Positions 53,449 through 64,000 of a DNA stretch of 64,000 bases are shown here, piece after piece. Source of the DNA: Mizuhopecten yessoensis (lineage: Eukaryota); assembly GCF_002113885.1 (NCBI RefSeq), contig NW_018408322.1, positions 250,878 to 314,877 of the forward strand, in the 5' to 3' direction. The position numbers and the translations under genes were made by a program. The first letter of the stretch is position 1. Every line of letters begins with the position of its first letter. The notes beneath the pieces were generated by a model. That model saw only the letters and a list, made by a program, of their open reading frames with translations. It was not told where the DNA came from and did no database searches.

Positions 53449-54729
53449 ATGAGCAGATCATTCCCTCGAATCAAAGCTGTCCGAGCGTACGTAACGGAAG
53501 CCAAAGAGGGAGACCAAGGAGTGGACTGTCATGACGTGAACGATAAACATTGGATCAATGGCTTCCCCACGCCAATGGCAAACCCAATGTCTGTGTATCC
53601 ACAGTACACAGTATTATGGAAGTCATGGGGAATCAACGCTCTTGGCACTATGGTTGCTGAAGTTGAGGCTGAAAACGGCGAATGCGGGGTTGGAATCACC
53701 ATCGGAGGAGAACCCGGATGTTACATTGTGGAGAAGCACCTGAGTCGGTTTGTAGAAGGTCAAGATCCGCGAAATGTGGAGTTGATGTGGGACCAAATGT
53801 TCCGTGCCACCCTCAACTATGGCCGGAAGGGATTGGCAATCCATGCCATCAGCGCCGTAGACCTGGCCATTTGGGATTTATTAGGCAAACTCCGCGGGGA
53901 ACCGGTTTATGCAATGCTAGGTGGTAAAGTGAAGGAGCGACTTCCGGTTTATTGTACAACGGCACGTCCCGACATTGCTAAGAATATGGGATTTGCCGCC
54001 TCAAAAATCACTTGTCCCTATGGTCCGGCTGATGGAGAGGAAGGGTTCAAGAAAAATGTTGAATTCTATAAAGGATGGCGCGAAAAGGTTGGTCCTGACT
54101 TTCCACTGATGCTGGACTGTTACATGGCCTTGACCCCACAATATACCGTGAGGCTAGCCAAGGCGCTCGAACCTCTCGGTCTCAAGTGGATCGAGGATTA
54201 TCTTCCTCCTGACGATTATGAAGGATACGAAGACGTACGGAAAGCCATGTTTGGATCAAAGGTCTTACTTACCACTGGAGAACACGAGTACAGTCGTTAT
54301 GGATACCAGCTTCTTTTGAAATCCCGATGTGTGGACATTTTACAGCCAGATATATCCATGTTGGGCGGGATCACTGAGGCTCGTCGATTGGTTGCCATGG
54401 CATCCGCTCACAATGTCATGGTTATACCACATGCCTCTAGTATTTATTCCTACCATCTACAATACGCCTTCTGTAATTGTCCAGTAGCAGAATTCATAGA
54501 TATGAGCCCCGAGGCTGACAGGATCGTGCCATATTTCGGAGGGCTGTTTCTTGACGAACCCCTTCCCGTCAACGGTTTTATTGACCTTCCGGATAAACCC
54601 GGGTTTGGCGTGACTTTGTGTAAGGATACACTAAGAAGGCCTTATCATAGGAGTGAGGACACAAGTCGTGAACAAGCGGAGTTAAACATAAATTTCAAAC
54701 CTTCCGAAAAAGCATTTATGCCCTTTTAG
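53449..54729 (+). CDS. rhmD: L-rhamnonate dehydratase-like (mandelate racemase subgroup, enolase superfamily), divergent paralog, intronless
   Basis: 426 aa; RhmD/LRA3 signatures GINALGT, YIVEKHL, MLDCYM (D223), KWIE (E249), TGEHE (E278), QPD (D301), IPH (H328), DKPGFGV; AATAAA at 54876. Confidence 0.9.
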   Translation: MSRSFPRIKAVRAYVTEAKEGDQGVDCHDVNDKHWINGFPTPMANPMSVYPQYTVLWKSWGINALGTMVAEVEAENGECGVGITIGGEPGCYIVEKHLSRFVEGQDPRNVELMWDQMFRATLNYGRKGLAIHAISAVDLAIWDLLGKLRGEPVYAMLGGKVKERLPVYCTTARPDIAKNMGFAASKITCPYGPADGEEGFKKNVEFYKGWREKVGPDFPLMLDCYMALTPQYTVRLAKALEPLGLKWIEDYLPPDDYEGYEDVRKAMFGSKVLLTTGEHEYSRYGYQLLLKSRCVDILQPDISMLGGITEARRLVAMASAHNVMVIPHASSIYSYHLQYAFCNCPVAEFIDMSPEADRIVPYFGGLFLDEPLPVNGFIDLPDKPGFGVTLCKDTLRRPYHRSEDTSREQAELNINFKPSEKAFMPF

Positions 54730-55351
54730 CTCCAATTTTCGTGATTTGTTAATAGCTCCAATTTTTATGATTTGGTACATTGGACATGAGAAGAGAGAAG
54801 TTGTACCTAGAAGCTTTGTGTGGACAGGGAATCATGAACGAATCCCTTTTTTCAGTGTTGAAAGGAGGGGGTGTAAATAAAGTTCTAGCCTATTGGACTT
54901 TTCCTTTTAGCACCCCTGGATTTACTTCAGGAAGTGATTATCTCAATCTTGTGCTCATTTTTCTAGGCTTTGAATCCAATTAAGGGGAATAGACATTGGA
55001 AAATATCTCATTAAAAGTGTCTCGTTAAGTGTTTGTAAAACTCTTCGCAAAAATAAAACATTACATCTGTTTGAAGATGTTTCTCATTTTTTCTGTTTTC
55101 CTGTTACAACAGGGACCTGAGATTTAAGACACATTATACATTGTGATATCTCTTCTACTCGGTGTGGAGTATTATTAGATATTTTTCGGGTCTAAAAAAT
55201 CTCCAAAATACAAACTGTGTCTTAATTGGTATGTCCTTGTACCTGTTACGTTTTCAGACGTCACAACTTCAAGTCATCGGGATGTTTGCTCAGTTACAAG
55301 ATTGCAGATATGACGTTCATCTAGTAACAGGTATTGTATGTTTAGTTATCT

Positions 55352-55545
55352 GGACCGCGATCGCCGATGGGTTAAGGCGACTGACATTCTGCTACCAGTA
55401 GCCCTCCACCACTGTGTCGCGGTTTTGATATCAACGTGGGGCGATCGCCAGGTCCTGGCCGCAGGTCGGTGATTTTTCTCCGTGTACCCCGGCTTTCCTC
55501 CACCATCAAAACTTAGCACGTCTTTAAATGACTATAGCTATTGGT
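55352..55545 (+). mobile_element. tRNA-derived V-type SINE
   Basis: Head gaccgcgatcgccgatgggttaaggcg; core ttttctccgtgtaccccggctttcctccacc; same position in the duplicated flank as the copy at 60076. Confidence 0.7.
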
Positions 55546-55811
55546 GGTGGGGATATGTAAGCTGTATCCTAGTCATTGACTGTTTTTCATCAACAAACGA
55601 AGATAAAGATCAGAATGAGCGTCTTAATGGAAATCTTGCATCAAAATTGGTGTCCTGTTAGAAATGAGAGATATGAACGCTATAGTAAGTGTGAACAATA
55701 CTGGTGTAGAAGATATGAAAGGGCAGTAAGGTGCTGGAGTATGAAACAATAACGGTGAACGCCTGATGCATTTCTGTATATGCATAACAGTCTGGTAAAA
55801 ACAGGCATAAC

Positions 55812-57400
55812 GTTATATAAATACTACATTCCTGAGTGTGTGACAGTGCCTATGATCACTCCGAGGGTATCACTGTCACCAGAGGCGACCCTAGGCACTG
55901 TCACACTCTAATGAATGTAGTGTTGTTTTTTTTATTATACCCAAAGTCAATAGTTAATAAAGTTTTTATATTTGTAACAAATATTGTATTTTCATCAACA
56001 AATATAACAGTAAACTATTCAAGATTTAACAATACAGTTAGTGCTATTAACACTGCGAAATGTCATGGCCGTTATCATAATTTAATTGTTGATATTGACG
56101 ATCGGGTTACCGAACATCTTCTTCGTATCATCATCAGTGATGGTGTCCTTGTGTTTCACTCCCCCGAAACCTTGTTTTTTCATATCAATCACAACTGCTT
56201 CGTACGTGTTCGTTTGACGCTTTGATAATTTATCCGTCAATAGTTTATGAAGTCTCACTCATTTCAGTAGTCTCGTTCAACCAGACGCTTGATCACTTGT
56301 AATTCAAGAGTAGTCTCGTTCAACCAGACGCTTGGTCACTTGTAATTCAAGAGTAGTCTCGTTCAAGCAGACGCTTGCTCACTTGTAATTCATGAGTCTG
56401 GTCAAACACAGTACTTTAAAATTACCATCACCAGAGGGCAGTGTTTTTACTTTCGTTTCCGGACGTTATGTCAACGCAATTAAATTTCAATGAATAATGA
56501 AATTAATGAAAAAAATTACCTATACATGCATTCCTGAAGTACCCGTGTATTCACTTTTATCGAGAACAATGTAAGAAAATGTGTCAAATCTCCAGAATAA
56601 TGCCATATATTTCCATTAAATAAGTCATAATGTAACTAGGTACAAAGCCAACAAGGCTGACTGAAGTGGGAAAAAAGCATGCAAAGCCAGTGAGATTTTA
56701 CCTGTACACCATTCAAATCACCTTCAAGTTCTCACTCAGGTAATCTGGCTTGACTTGTATCAATAGCCTTGTTAGCTTCATGAATTTTTGTAAAATATCC
56801 AATGAAAATACATGAAATCATTATTTTTTAAGCATTTTCTTACATTTTTCTCGTTGATAGTGAAAACATGGATACTTCAGGAATGCATATACAGGTAATT
56901 TTTTAATGAATTAAAATATTTAATGTAATTTTGGGCCACTCAAATTCTGACTTCAAAAGTTAAAAAAGGTGTGTCAATGATTTTTTTTACCAGAATCTCG
57001 GTAAGCCTCGTTATGATGTCACAAAACGAAAGCACTGCGTTTGACCAGACTCTCTATTCGGCGTAGCTTGCGCAGGCAACAGGAGTCTGGCTGAACGAGA
57101 CTATATTCGGCGTTACACCGTGGTACTAATCACCGGCGAGTAATACGCGGTAGCGACATGAAGTGCCTGTGGGCCTACATGTGCGATGAATCGCAATGCA
57201 AAAAATATTGCGGCTGAAACGAACCGTGCACGCATCTTCTTTGCGTGGTCACTATTTACACTGTCACACACACTGTCACCCGTTGCTAGAGCGTTTGGAA
57301 TCACCCTTCCATCGACTCAATGTCAAAGCGAGTGTGACAGTGTGAAATGAACAATTTGTTTCTACCAATCAGATTACATGAATTTCATTAGAGGTATGAT
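55812..57400. mobile_element. ~1.6-kb composite insertion interrupting a duplicated flank
   Basis: Homology to 51650-52000 stops at ggcataac (55811) and resumes at aattccatatattg (~57401). Confidence 0.6.
56268..57103. mobile_element. Nested palindromic MITE with TAG-starting TIRs and a triplicated 43-bp left end
   Basis: tagtctcgttcaaccagac at 56268, 56311 and 56354; inverted gtctggctgaacgagacta ending at 57103; inner inverted arms 56393-56416/57030-57053 and ~56503-56580/56834-56910. Confidence 0.75.
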
Positions 57401-57545
57401 AATTCCATATATTGAATTTCAAGCATTAACATGGACCTGCCAAAATAGAAACACAAAAAACGGAGTGAAAAATGGGATACACAGGATTCTGTATAAAGTC
57501 ACCATGCTGCTATGTGTGGGAAAATACTTCAAGCATCAAGGACAN

Positions 57546-57587
<42 letters not shown>

Positions 57588-59161
57588 GAAGGAACGTTTT
57601 ATTTTAGTTGACGTAAATAAATGTACCAGAAGTTGGGAGTGATCAATATCCAAAGGTCATTAAAATTAAAACAACATAAAAACCAAGTTGATAACAAGAT
57701 CTGGTATCTCTCAGACAGAAATGATGAAGGAGGCAGGAAGTAAATGTAGATGTGCTACACAATCATCTTCATCATCGTCGTCGTCGTCATCGTTGTCGTG
57801 ATCATCAACCAACGCTGATTAAGATCAGAAGGAGTGCCTTAATGGAACAATTTCATCAAGCATGACGCCCTGTTCCTCGTTCGTTATGGGAGATATGGAC
57901 GCTACAGTTAGTGTGAACAATACTAATGTTGAGGATGTGAAAGGGTATTAGGTAAGGGGGTCTGAAAAAATAACGGTGAACGACTGATTGATTTCTATAT
58001 ACATAACAGTCTGGTTAAAGCAGGCATAACATTTCCTTATATGGAGTTCATACATCAACATGGACCTACCCAAACAGAAAAGTGAACAAAGGGATACACC
58101 ACATCATGCTAGATCGTAAAGGTCACTGCAGAATGTAGGCTGCCAAAAGAGTCGCATTTTACCTAGTAGTTGGAAAAAGGTGAAATATGGGCGGACAAAA
58201 ACAGAATAAGATAGAAGGGCGTTTGACATTAAACAAAAAGAAATGAAAAGGAACTTCTTTGCAAGCGGACAAAAACAGAATAAGAAAGAAAGCCGTTTGA
58301 CATTAAACAAAAAGAAATGAAAAGCAACTTCTGTGCAGAGAGGAGAAACAGGTTACCAACATAAAGAGACTGTAAAGGTATACATTTTTGCGTGTTCGCA
58401 TTGCAAATCTTTAAACTGTTCATGATGTTGAATGTTTTGCGTTTACAATTTATATATATTTATCATGTATATCTATAATCTAAATAATATATTAATAAAT
58501 ATTCGCATGTTGGTATTTTCGCGCTAATTTTTTCAACGCTTAAAACGCCAATATTTTCACACTGCGAACATTTCACCTTTTATAAGCATTTAAGAAGGAG
58601 CATCGACATCGACTGTAATAAAATAGAGAAACAACAGACGGAGTGAGTTGGCTGCAGTCACATTGAGATGAAACTTATCAGAGGTGACATGATGTCAGAT
58701 CTCCCAAAGGGACACAAGTGAAAGCAAAGTGCAAGCATTGCTCCAAAGCCACACATCCAAAGAAGGCTGCAGTAGCTTCATAAAGAGGGACAACAGGATT
58801 CTACATAAAGTCACGTGACAGCTGTGTATTAGAACATATTTAAGGTTCAAGCATCAAAGACAAAAATGAAACCATCATGCAAACAAAAATAGATGGAAGG
58901 AACGTTTAAGACAGTTTAATAAAAAGAAGACCCTAATAATATGACAAAAGTTGCAAGTGATCAATATCCAGAGGACATTAACAATTGGAAAGTTTAAAGA
59001 CCAACCAAACAACATGATCTGGTAACTGCCAAACATAAATGATGCAGGAGAAAGAAGAAGAAAGTCATCATCATCACCGTCGTCGTCGTCCTCCTCGTCC
59101 TCCTCCTCGTCGTGCTCCTCCTCCCTCCTCCTCCTCCTCCTCCTCCTCCTCCTCCTCCTCG

Positions 59162-59562
59162 TCAAATATTGCTTACTACTGGAGAACACGAGTACAGTCG
59201 TTATGGATACCAGCTTCTATTGAAATCCCGATGTGTGGACATTTTACAACCAGATATATCCTGGCTGGGCGGGATCACCGAAGTTCGTCGTATGATTGCC
59301 ATGGCATCCGCTCACAATGTCATGGTCATACCACATGGTTCTAGTATCTATTCCTACCATCTACAATACGCCTTCTGTAATTGTCCAGTAACCCCTTCCC
59401 GCCAATGGTTTTATTGACCTTCCGGATAAACCAGGATTTGGCGTGACTTTGTGTAAGGATACACTAAGAAGGCCTTATCATAGGAGTGAGGACGCAAGTC
59501 GTAAACAGGTGGAGTTTAACATTAACTTTAAACCTCCTGAAAAAGCATTTATGCCATTCTAG
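59162..59562 (+). pseudogene. rhmD: 5'-truncated L-rhamnonate dehydratase pseudogene with a 71-bp internal deletion
   Basis: Matches the CDS from LLTTGEHE to the stop codon. Sequence equivalent to 62749-62819 is missing (ccagta|accccttccc), which causes a frameshift. The 5' end is fused to a (TCC)n tract. Confidence 0.92.
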
Positions 59563-60075
59563 CTCCAACTTTTACGATTTGTTACATATATAGATAGAAC
59601 TTTAACCCAAAAACTGTGTTGACAAAGAATCATGAACGGTGCCCTTTTTTAAGTGCTGAAAGTTGGTGTAAATAAAATTCTGATCTATTGGATTTTTCCT
59701 TTCAACACCCCTGGATCTGCTTCTGGAAGTGACTATCTCAATCTTGTGCTCATTTATCTAGGCTTTGAATCTTAATGAAGCGAGTAGACATTGGGAAATA
59801 TCGATCTGAAAGTTTCGTGTTAAGTGTTTGGAAAAACACACTATAAATTTTGTTATCTGTCTTACTGTGTGTGGAGTCTAATCATATTGTTTTAAAAAGT
59901 ATATGTCTAATATCTATATCTCCAAAATACACACTGTGTCTTAATTGATAGGTACACGTCCTTGTGCTTGTTAGGTTTTCTGACGTCACCAATTTAGGTT
60001 ATCGGGATGTTTGCTGAGTAACAAGATTGCAGATATGAAGGCCATCTACTATCAGATATTGTTTGCTTATTTATC

Positions 60076-60295
60076 GGGGCCGCGATGGCCGAGCGATTAA
60101 GGCGTCTGACATTCCGATAACATTAGCCCTCTGCCACTGGGTCGCGGATTCGAAGCATTCGTGGGACAGTCGCCAGGTACCGGTAGCATGTCGGTGGTTT
60201 TTCTCCGGGTACTCCGGCTTTCCTACATTACCAAAACCTGGCACGTCATTCAATACCGATAGCTGTTTATAGGACGTTAAACACAAACAAACGAA
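60076..60295 (+). mobile_element. Full-length tRNA-derived V-type SINE
   Basis: A-box tggccgagcga, B-box ggattcgaagc, core ggtttttctccgggtactccggctttcc, tail aggacgttaaacacaaacaaac. Confidence 0.8.
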
Positions 60296-60609
60296 AAGTA
60301 TAAGACAATCAACACCATAAAGTCATCAAGGACTGGACAGAAATAAGTCCTTGAACTTTAAAGTGACACCAAACTGAAGTATAACAACCTTGACACATCG
60401 GCAGGAATATCGACCCGAAGCATTATTCTGACTACGGGCTTACTAGGTTTGCCTATGCAGATAAAGAGAACGTAGAAGAGGAAAATAAATCAAAGATGAG
60501 GACATGAGTGTTCTTATGTGGCTAAAAGATCAGTTTTGGTTTCTCCAGTGTCCCCTAGGCAGAATGCACAAAAAACAAAACCTGGAGTCTGCATTGATGG
60601 AAGGGTGTG

Positions 60610-60798
60610 TATTCCGTCTTTGCGTATTGCAGAGTTATCCTCTCTTGTGAGCAGGTATTGATTGTTACGTCATAGGTTTGTGTGAGAAAATTCCGTCATT
60701 TTCTCAAAATTGATGACGTTACTCTTAAAAACCAATGACGTAACAATCAATACCTGCTCACAAGAAAAGATAACTCTGCAATACGCAAATACGGAATA
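60610..60798. mobile_element. ~190-bp MITE with ~70-bp TIRs
   Basis: tattccgtctttgcgtattgcagagttatc...gataactctgcaatacgcaaatacggaata. Confidence 0.85.
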
Positions 60799-61608
60799 GG
60801 ATGCTGTGTGTGTGGTATGTGTGTGTGTGTGTTTGGGTTGTGTAATGGTGGGCAGTTCGGTAGGCATATACACATGTACGTTGCATTATAAGGTCATGCA
60901 ACGGGATATATCGGATACATTCCTCCCAGAAGCTGCAGAGGTATACATAAAAAACCTTACTCGTTTATCGGACGATGATCAAAAGGTTCACTAACATCTA
61001 TAGTATACAACTATTTTCGTGAATTATTCAAAATATTGATTAATGGATTTCTTGCACCTGTTTGGGATCACACCGACCCTACCCCAACTATACCCCTGCC
61101 TCAAAAAAGTATAAATAATAATTAAATATAATAAAAAAATAATCAAAATCGTTGGTCGCTCGATATCGATACCTTTTATATGAAATATGACGATATATTT
61201 GCGTCCCATTAAATTTTCGCTCTTGAACTTTTGGGGTGAATACGACACGGGACTGAATCTTCAAGTTGATCTGCTGGCGGCTGAGTATGCGTGCCCATTT
61301 TTAACATTGGACAATCCTGTTTTAAAATACATCAGGGCGAATATTTAGAGGACAATGATATTGCATTGTATGTCATTGTAAATTGTATCGTAAAACCAAA
61401 CATTTCCCTTTTTCGACTTACTGGTTTATTACATTATCTACGGTACGAAATTGAACTGTTCAATTGTAAGACATGTCCGGGTGATTATGTCGTATCTAGG
61501 ACGATCTGGTTAATCTTATTCACTACACAATTATTTATATAAGAAGGTGATAAACTAGAGTACATTGTAATATATGTATACACATGCCCATATCACTTTG
61601 ATTGCAGT

Positions 61609-61645
61609 TATATAAAGCTATCTCAAGGCAGTATTGTCCAGTAAC
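61609..61645 (+). promoter_or_regulatory. TATA box and initiator-like site of the rhmD-like copy at 61711
   Basis: TATATAAA at 61609-61616 lies ~30 nt upstream of tccAgta (A at 61640), ~70 nt before the ATG. Confidence 0.5.
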
Positions 61646-61710
61646 TAGATACATCCAATCTAGTTTGCTACCTCAGTTGCTGAAGAAACACCCCTTCTAT
61701 CGCATGCGCC

Positions 61711-62991
61711 ATGAGTAGATCATTCCCTAGAATCAAAGCTGTCCGAGCGTACGTAACGGAAGCAAAAGAGGGGGACCAAGGAGCGGACTGTCATGACGTG
61801 GACGATAAGCACTGGATCAACGGCTACCCGAACCCCGTTGCCAACCCTATGTCCGTGTATCCACAGTACGCGTCATTCCGGAAGTCATGGGGAATCAACG
61901 CTCTTGGCACTATGGTTGTTGAAGTTGAGGCTGAAAACGGCGAGTGTGGGGTTGGAATCACCATCGGGGGAGAACCCGGATGTTACATTGTAGAGAAGCA
62001 CCTGAGTCGGTTTGTAGAAGGTCAAGATCCGCGAAATGTGGAACTGATGTGGGACCAAATGTTCCGTGCCACACTCAACTACGGACGGAAGGGACTTCCA
62101 ATCCAAGCCATCAGCGCCGTAGATCTAGCCATTTGGGATTTATTAGGCAAACTCCGCGGGGAACCTGTTTATGCAATGCTAGGCGGAAAAGTGAAGGAGC
62201 GACTTCCGGTTTACTGTACAACGGCACGTCCCGATATTGCTCAGAAATTGGGATTTGTCGCATCAAAAATCCCTTGTCCTTATGGTCCGACGGCCGGAGA
62301 GGAAGGGTTCAAGAAAAATGTTGAATTCTTCAAAGGATGGCGCGAGAAGGTTGGTCCTGATTTCCCACTCATGCTGGATTGTTACATGGCCTTGACCCCA
62401 CAATATACGGTAAGGCTAGCCAAGGCGCTTGAACCTCTTGGTCTGAAGTGGATCGAGGAATTTCTTCCTCCTGACGATTATGAAGGATACGAAGACGTGC
62501 GGAAAGCCATGTTTGGATCAAAGGTCTTACTTACCACTGGAGAACACGAATACAGTCGTTATGGGTACCAGCTTCTTTTGAAATCCCGATGTGTGGACAT
62601 TTTACAGCCAGATATATCCTGGCTGGGCGGGATCACCGAGGCTCGCCGTATGGTTGCCATGGCATCCGCTCACAATGTCATGGTCATACCACATGGTTCA
62701 AGTATCTATTCCTACCATCTACAATACGCCTTCTGTAATTGTCCAGTAGCAGAATTTATCAATTTGAGTCCCGAGGCTGACAAGATCGTGCCGTATTTCG
62801 GAGGGTTGTTTCCTGACGAACCCCTTCCCGCCAACGGTTTTATTGACCTTCCGGATAAACCCGGATTTGGCGTGACTTTGTGTAAGGATATACTAAGAAG
62901 GCCTTACCAGAGGAGTGAAGACGCAAGTCGTAAACAGGCGGAATTAAACATTAACTTTAAACCTCCTGAAAAAGCGTGCATGCCATTCTAG
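61711..62991 (+). CDS. rhmD: L-rhamnonate dehydratase-like, canonical paralog, intronless
   Basis: 426 aa; retains H34, R57, D223, E249, E278, D301, H328 and E348, equivalent to the substrate, Mg2+ and acid-base residues of E. coli RhmD (YfaW); also close to fungal LRA3/LGD1. Confidence 0.93.
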   Translation: MSRSFPRIKAVRAYVTEAKEGDQGADCHDVDDKHWINGYPNPVANPMSVYPQYASFRKSWGINALGTMVVEVEAENGECGVGITIGGEPGCYIVEKHLSRFVEGQDPRNVELMWDQMFRATLNYGRKGLPIQAISAVDLAIWDLLGKLRGEPVYAMLGGKVKERLPVYCTTARPDIAQKLGFVASKIPCPYGPTAGEEGFKKNVEFFKGWREKVGPDFPLMLDCYMALTPQYTVRLAKALEPLGLKWIEEFLPPDDYEGYEDVRKAMFGSKVLLTTGEHEYSRYGYQLLLKSRCVDILQPDISWLGGITEARRMVAMASAHNVMVIPHGSSIYSYHLQYAFCNCPVAEFINLSPEADKIVPYFGGLFPDEPLPANGFIDLPDKPGFGVTLCKDILRRPYQRSEDASRKQAELNINFKPPEKACMPF

Positions 62992-64000
62992 CTCCAATTT
63001 TCGTGATTTCTTACGTATTTGGAGAGGAGTATTTCCCAGAACAATCGTGTGGACAGGACACCAAGAAAAGTGTTCTGCCAGAAGTGTGTTTCATTATCAA
63101 AATTAACATTTTGCCAGGTTTACCACATTTGTGAAAACGTCTTTTCCTTGATAACAACATATTTGATGGCAGTAACTAGAAATACTAAATTCAAATCAGG
63201 TATCACTTTATAAGAAAATAATGTAGGACATCTTACAAGCAATTGGCAACCCTTTTACAAAATACTGTTTAAAGTGTACCACAATTAAAGCATACCAGAT
63301 TGAAAATGAGTTCTTCGGTTGTTTAATATTAGCGCAACACATATTTGTTGGATCTTACATTCGCGTTTTCATTTCGTTGATTCATAGGGTCTGCCTCTAT
63401 GGTTTCACATCTTTGATTAACCTGATTCAGTTGTTCCATCTGTTCCATGCCCGTGCTACAAACGTTCGTAGATACTTGTTGTCACTATTCCATTGCAATG
63501 ATACACATTTTCACGGACAGACGATGTAAAATTAATTTATTCATCTAGCTCTACTTGTATTATCTATACAAATACGAATATTTATATCACAGCGGAAGAT
63601 TTCTTCTCAGAGGAAATCATAGGATTACCGTGAGGTAACCGAAACTGTAAAAACATCCTCTACGATAAATTTTGGTATCTTCAAATTTCTCTTCTTCTTA
63701 GTCACATTTACAATGGATGCAGTGAACCGAACCACTCTAATATGACAACTTGCAGTTTGATTTTACTTTTTTTGGAAGGATGAATTGAGCAGCAGTCATT
63801 TAAATGAAATGTTTGGGTATCAATTATACTTGCACAAAATGCTAGATTTTGGTTGTTTTGTTTTATATAATATTTGACTTCATGAAAAAATGTCAACATA
63901 GACAGTAAACTGCTTCAAGTTGGCATTCAGAGTCAATATGAATGCCAATTGGAAATACCAAATTCAACATGAAACGTTAGCGCAATGCAAATATGCAGTT

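Noticed and set aside
56268-56400. 43-bp repeats as a CRISPR-like array
   Set aside because: Units are near-identical over their full length and match a transposon TIR.
59112-59417. Poly-Pro/RhmD fusion ORF
   Set aside because: Non-ATG start inside a (TCC)n microsatellite, lacks two metal ligands, and is frameshifted by a 71-bp deletion.
60076-60160. tRNA genes at 7141, 55352 and 60076
   Set aside because: A/B boxes are present but there is no cloverleaf; they continue into SINE cores.
53449-62991. Bacterial contamination as the source of the rhmD genes
   Set aside because: No operon neighbours; the flanks contain the same SINE family found elsewhere in the window and were duplicated together with the gene.

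Overview
AT-rich, intron-containing animal genomic DNA. The repeat inventory (HINE/Helentron-like elements, V-domain tRNA-SINEs, TTAA-flanked MITEs) suggests a bivalve mollusc, which is an inference. (1) The 5' half of a chromokinesin KIF4 gene lies on the minus strand: nine coding exons (8129 to 531) were reconstructed by hand with consistent splice phases, plus a probable non-coding first exon and a cell-cycle-type promoter near 9.7 kb. (2) A divergently oriented 4-exon gene (13899-21199, ~1547 aa) is dominated by a GGGGSGKEGA-type decapeptide array and has a basic region and a hydrophobic C-terminal tail. (3) A single-coding-exon 618-aa secreted protein of unknown function lies at 26760-28616; it has a CBM-like N-terminal domain and motifs that recall a bacterial hypothetical family. 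(4) About 24 kb is repeat-rich intergenic DNA. (5) A tandem cluster of intronless L-rhamnonate dehydratase (RhmD/LRA3-like, enolase superfamily) genes follows: one canonical copy (61711-62991), one copy with substitutions clustered at predicted substrate-contact positions (53449-54729), and a truncated pseudogene between them. The duplication breakpoints sit in trinucleotide microsatellites. The strongest candidate for an undescribed system is this expanding, diverging, microbial-type sugar-acid dehydratase cluster in an animal genome.
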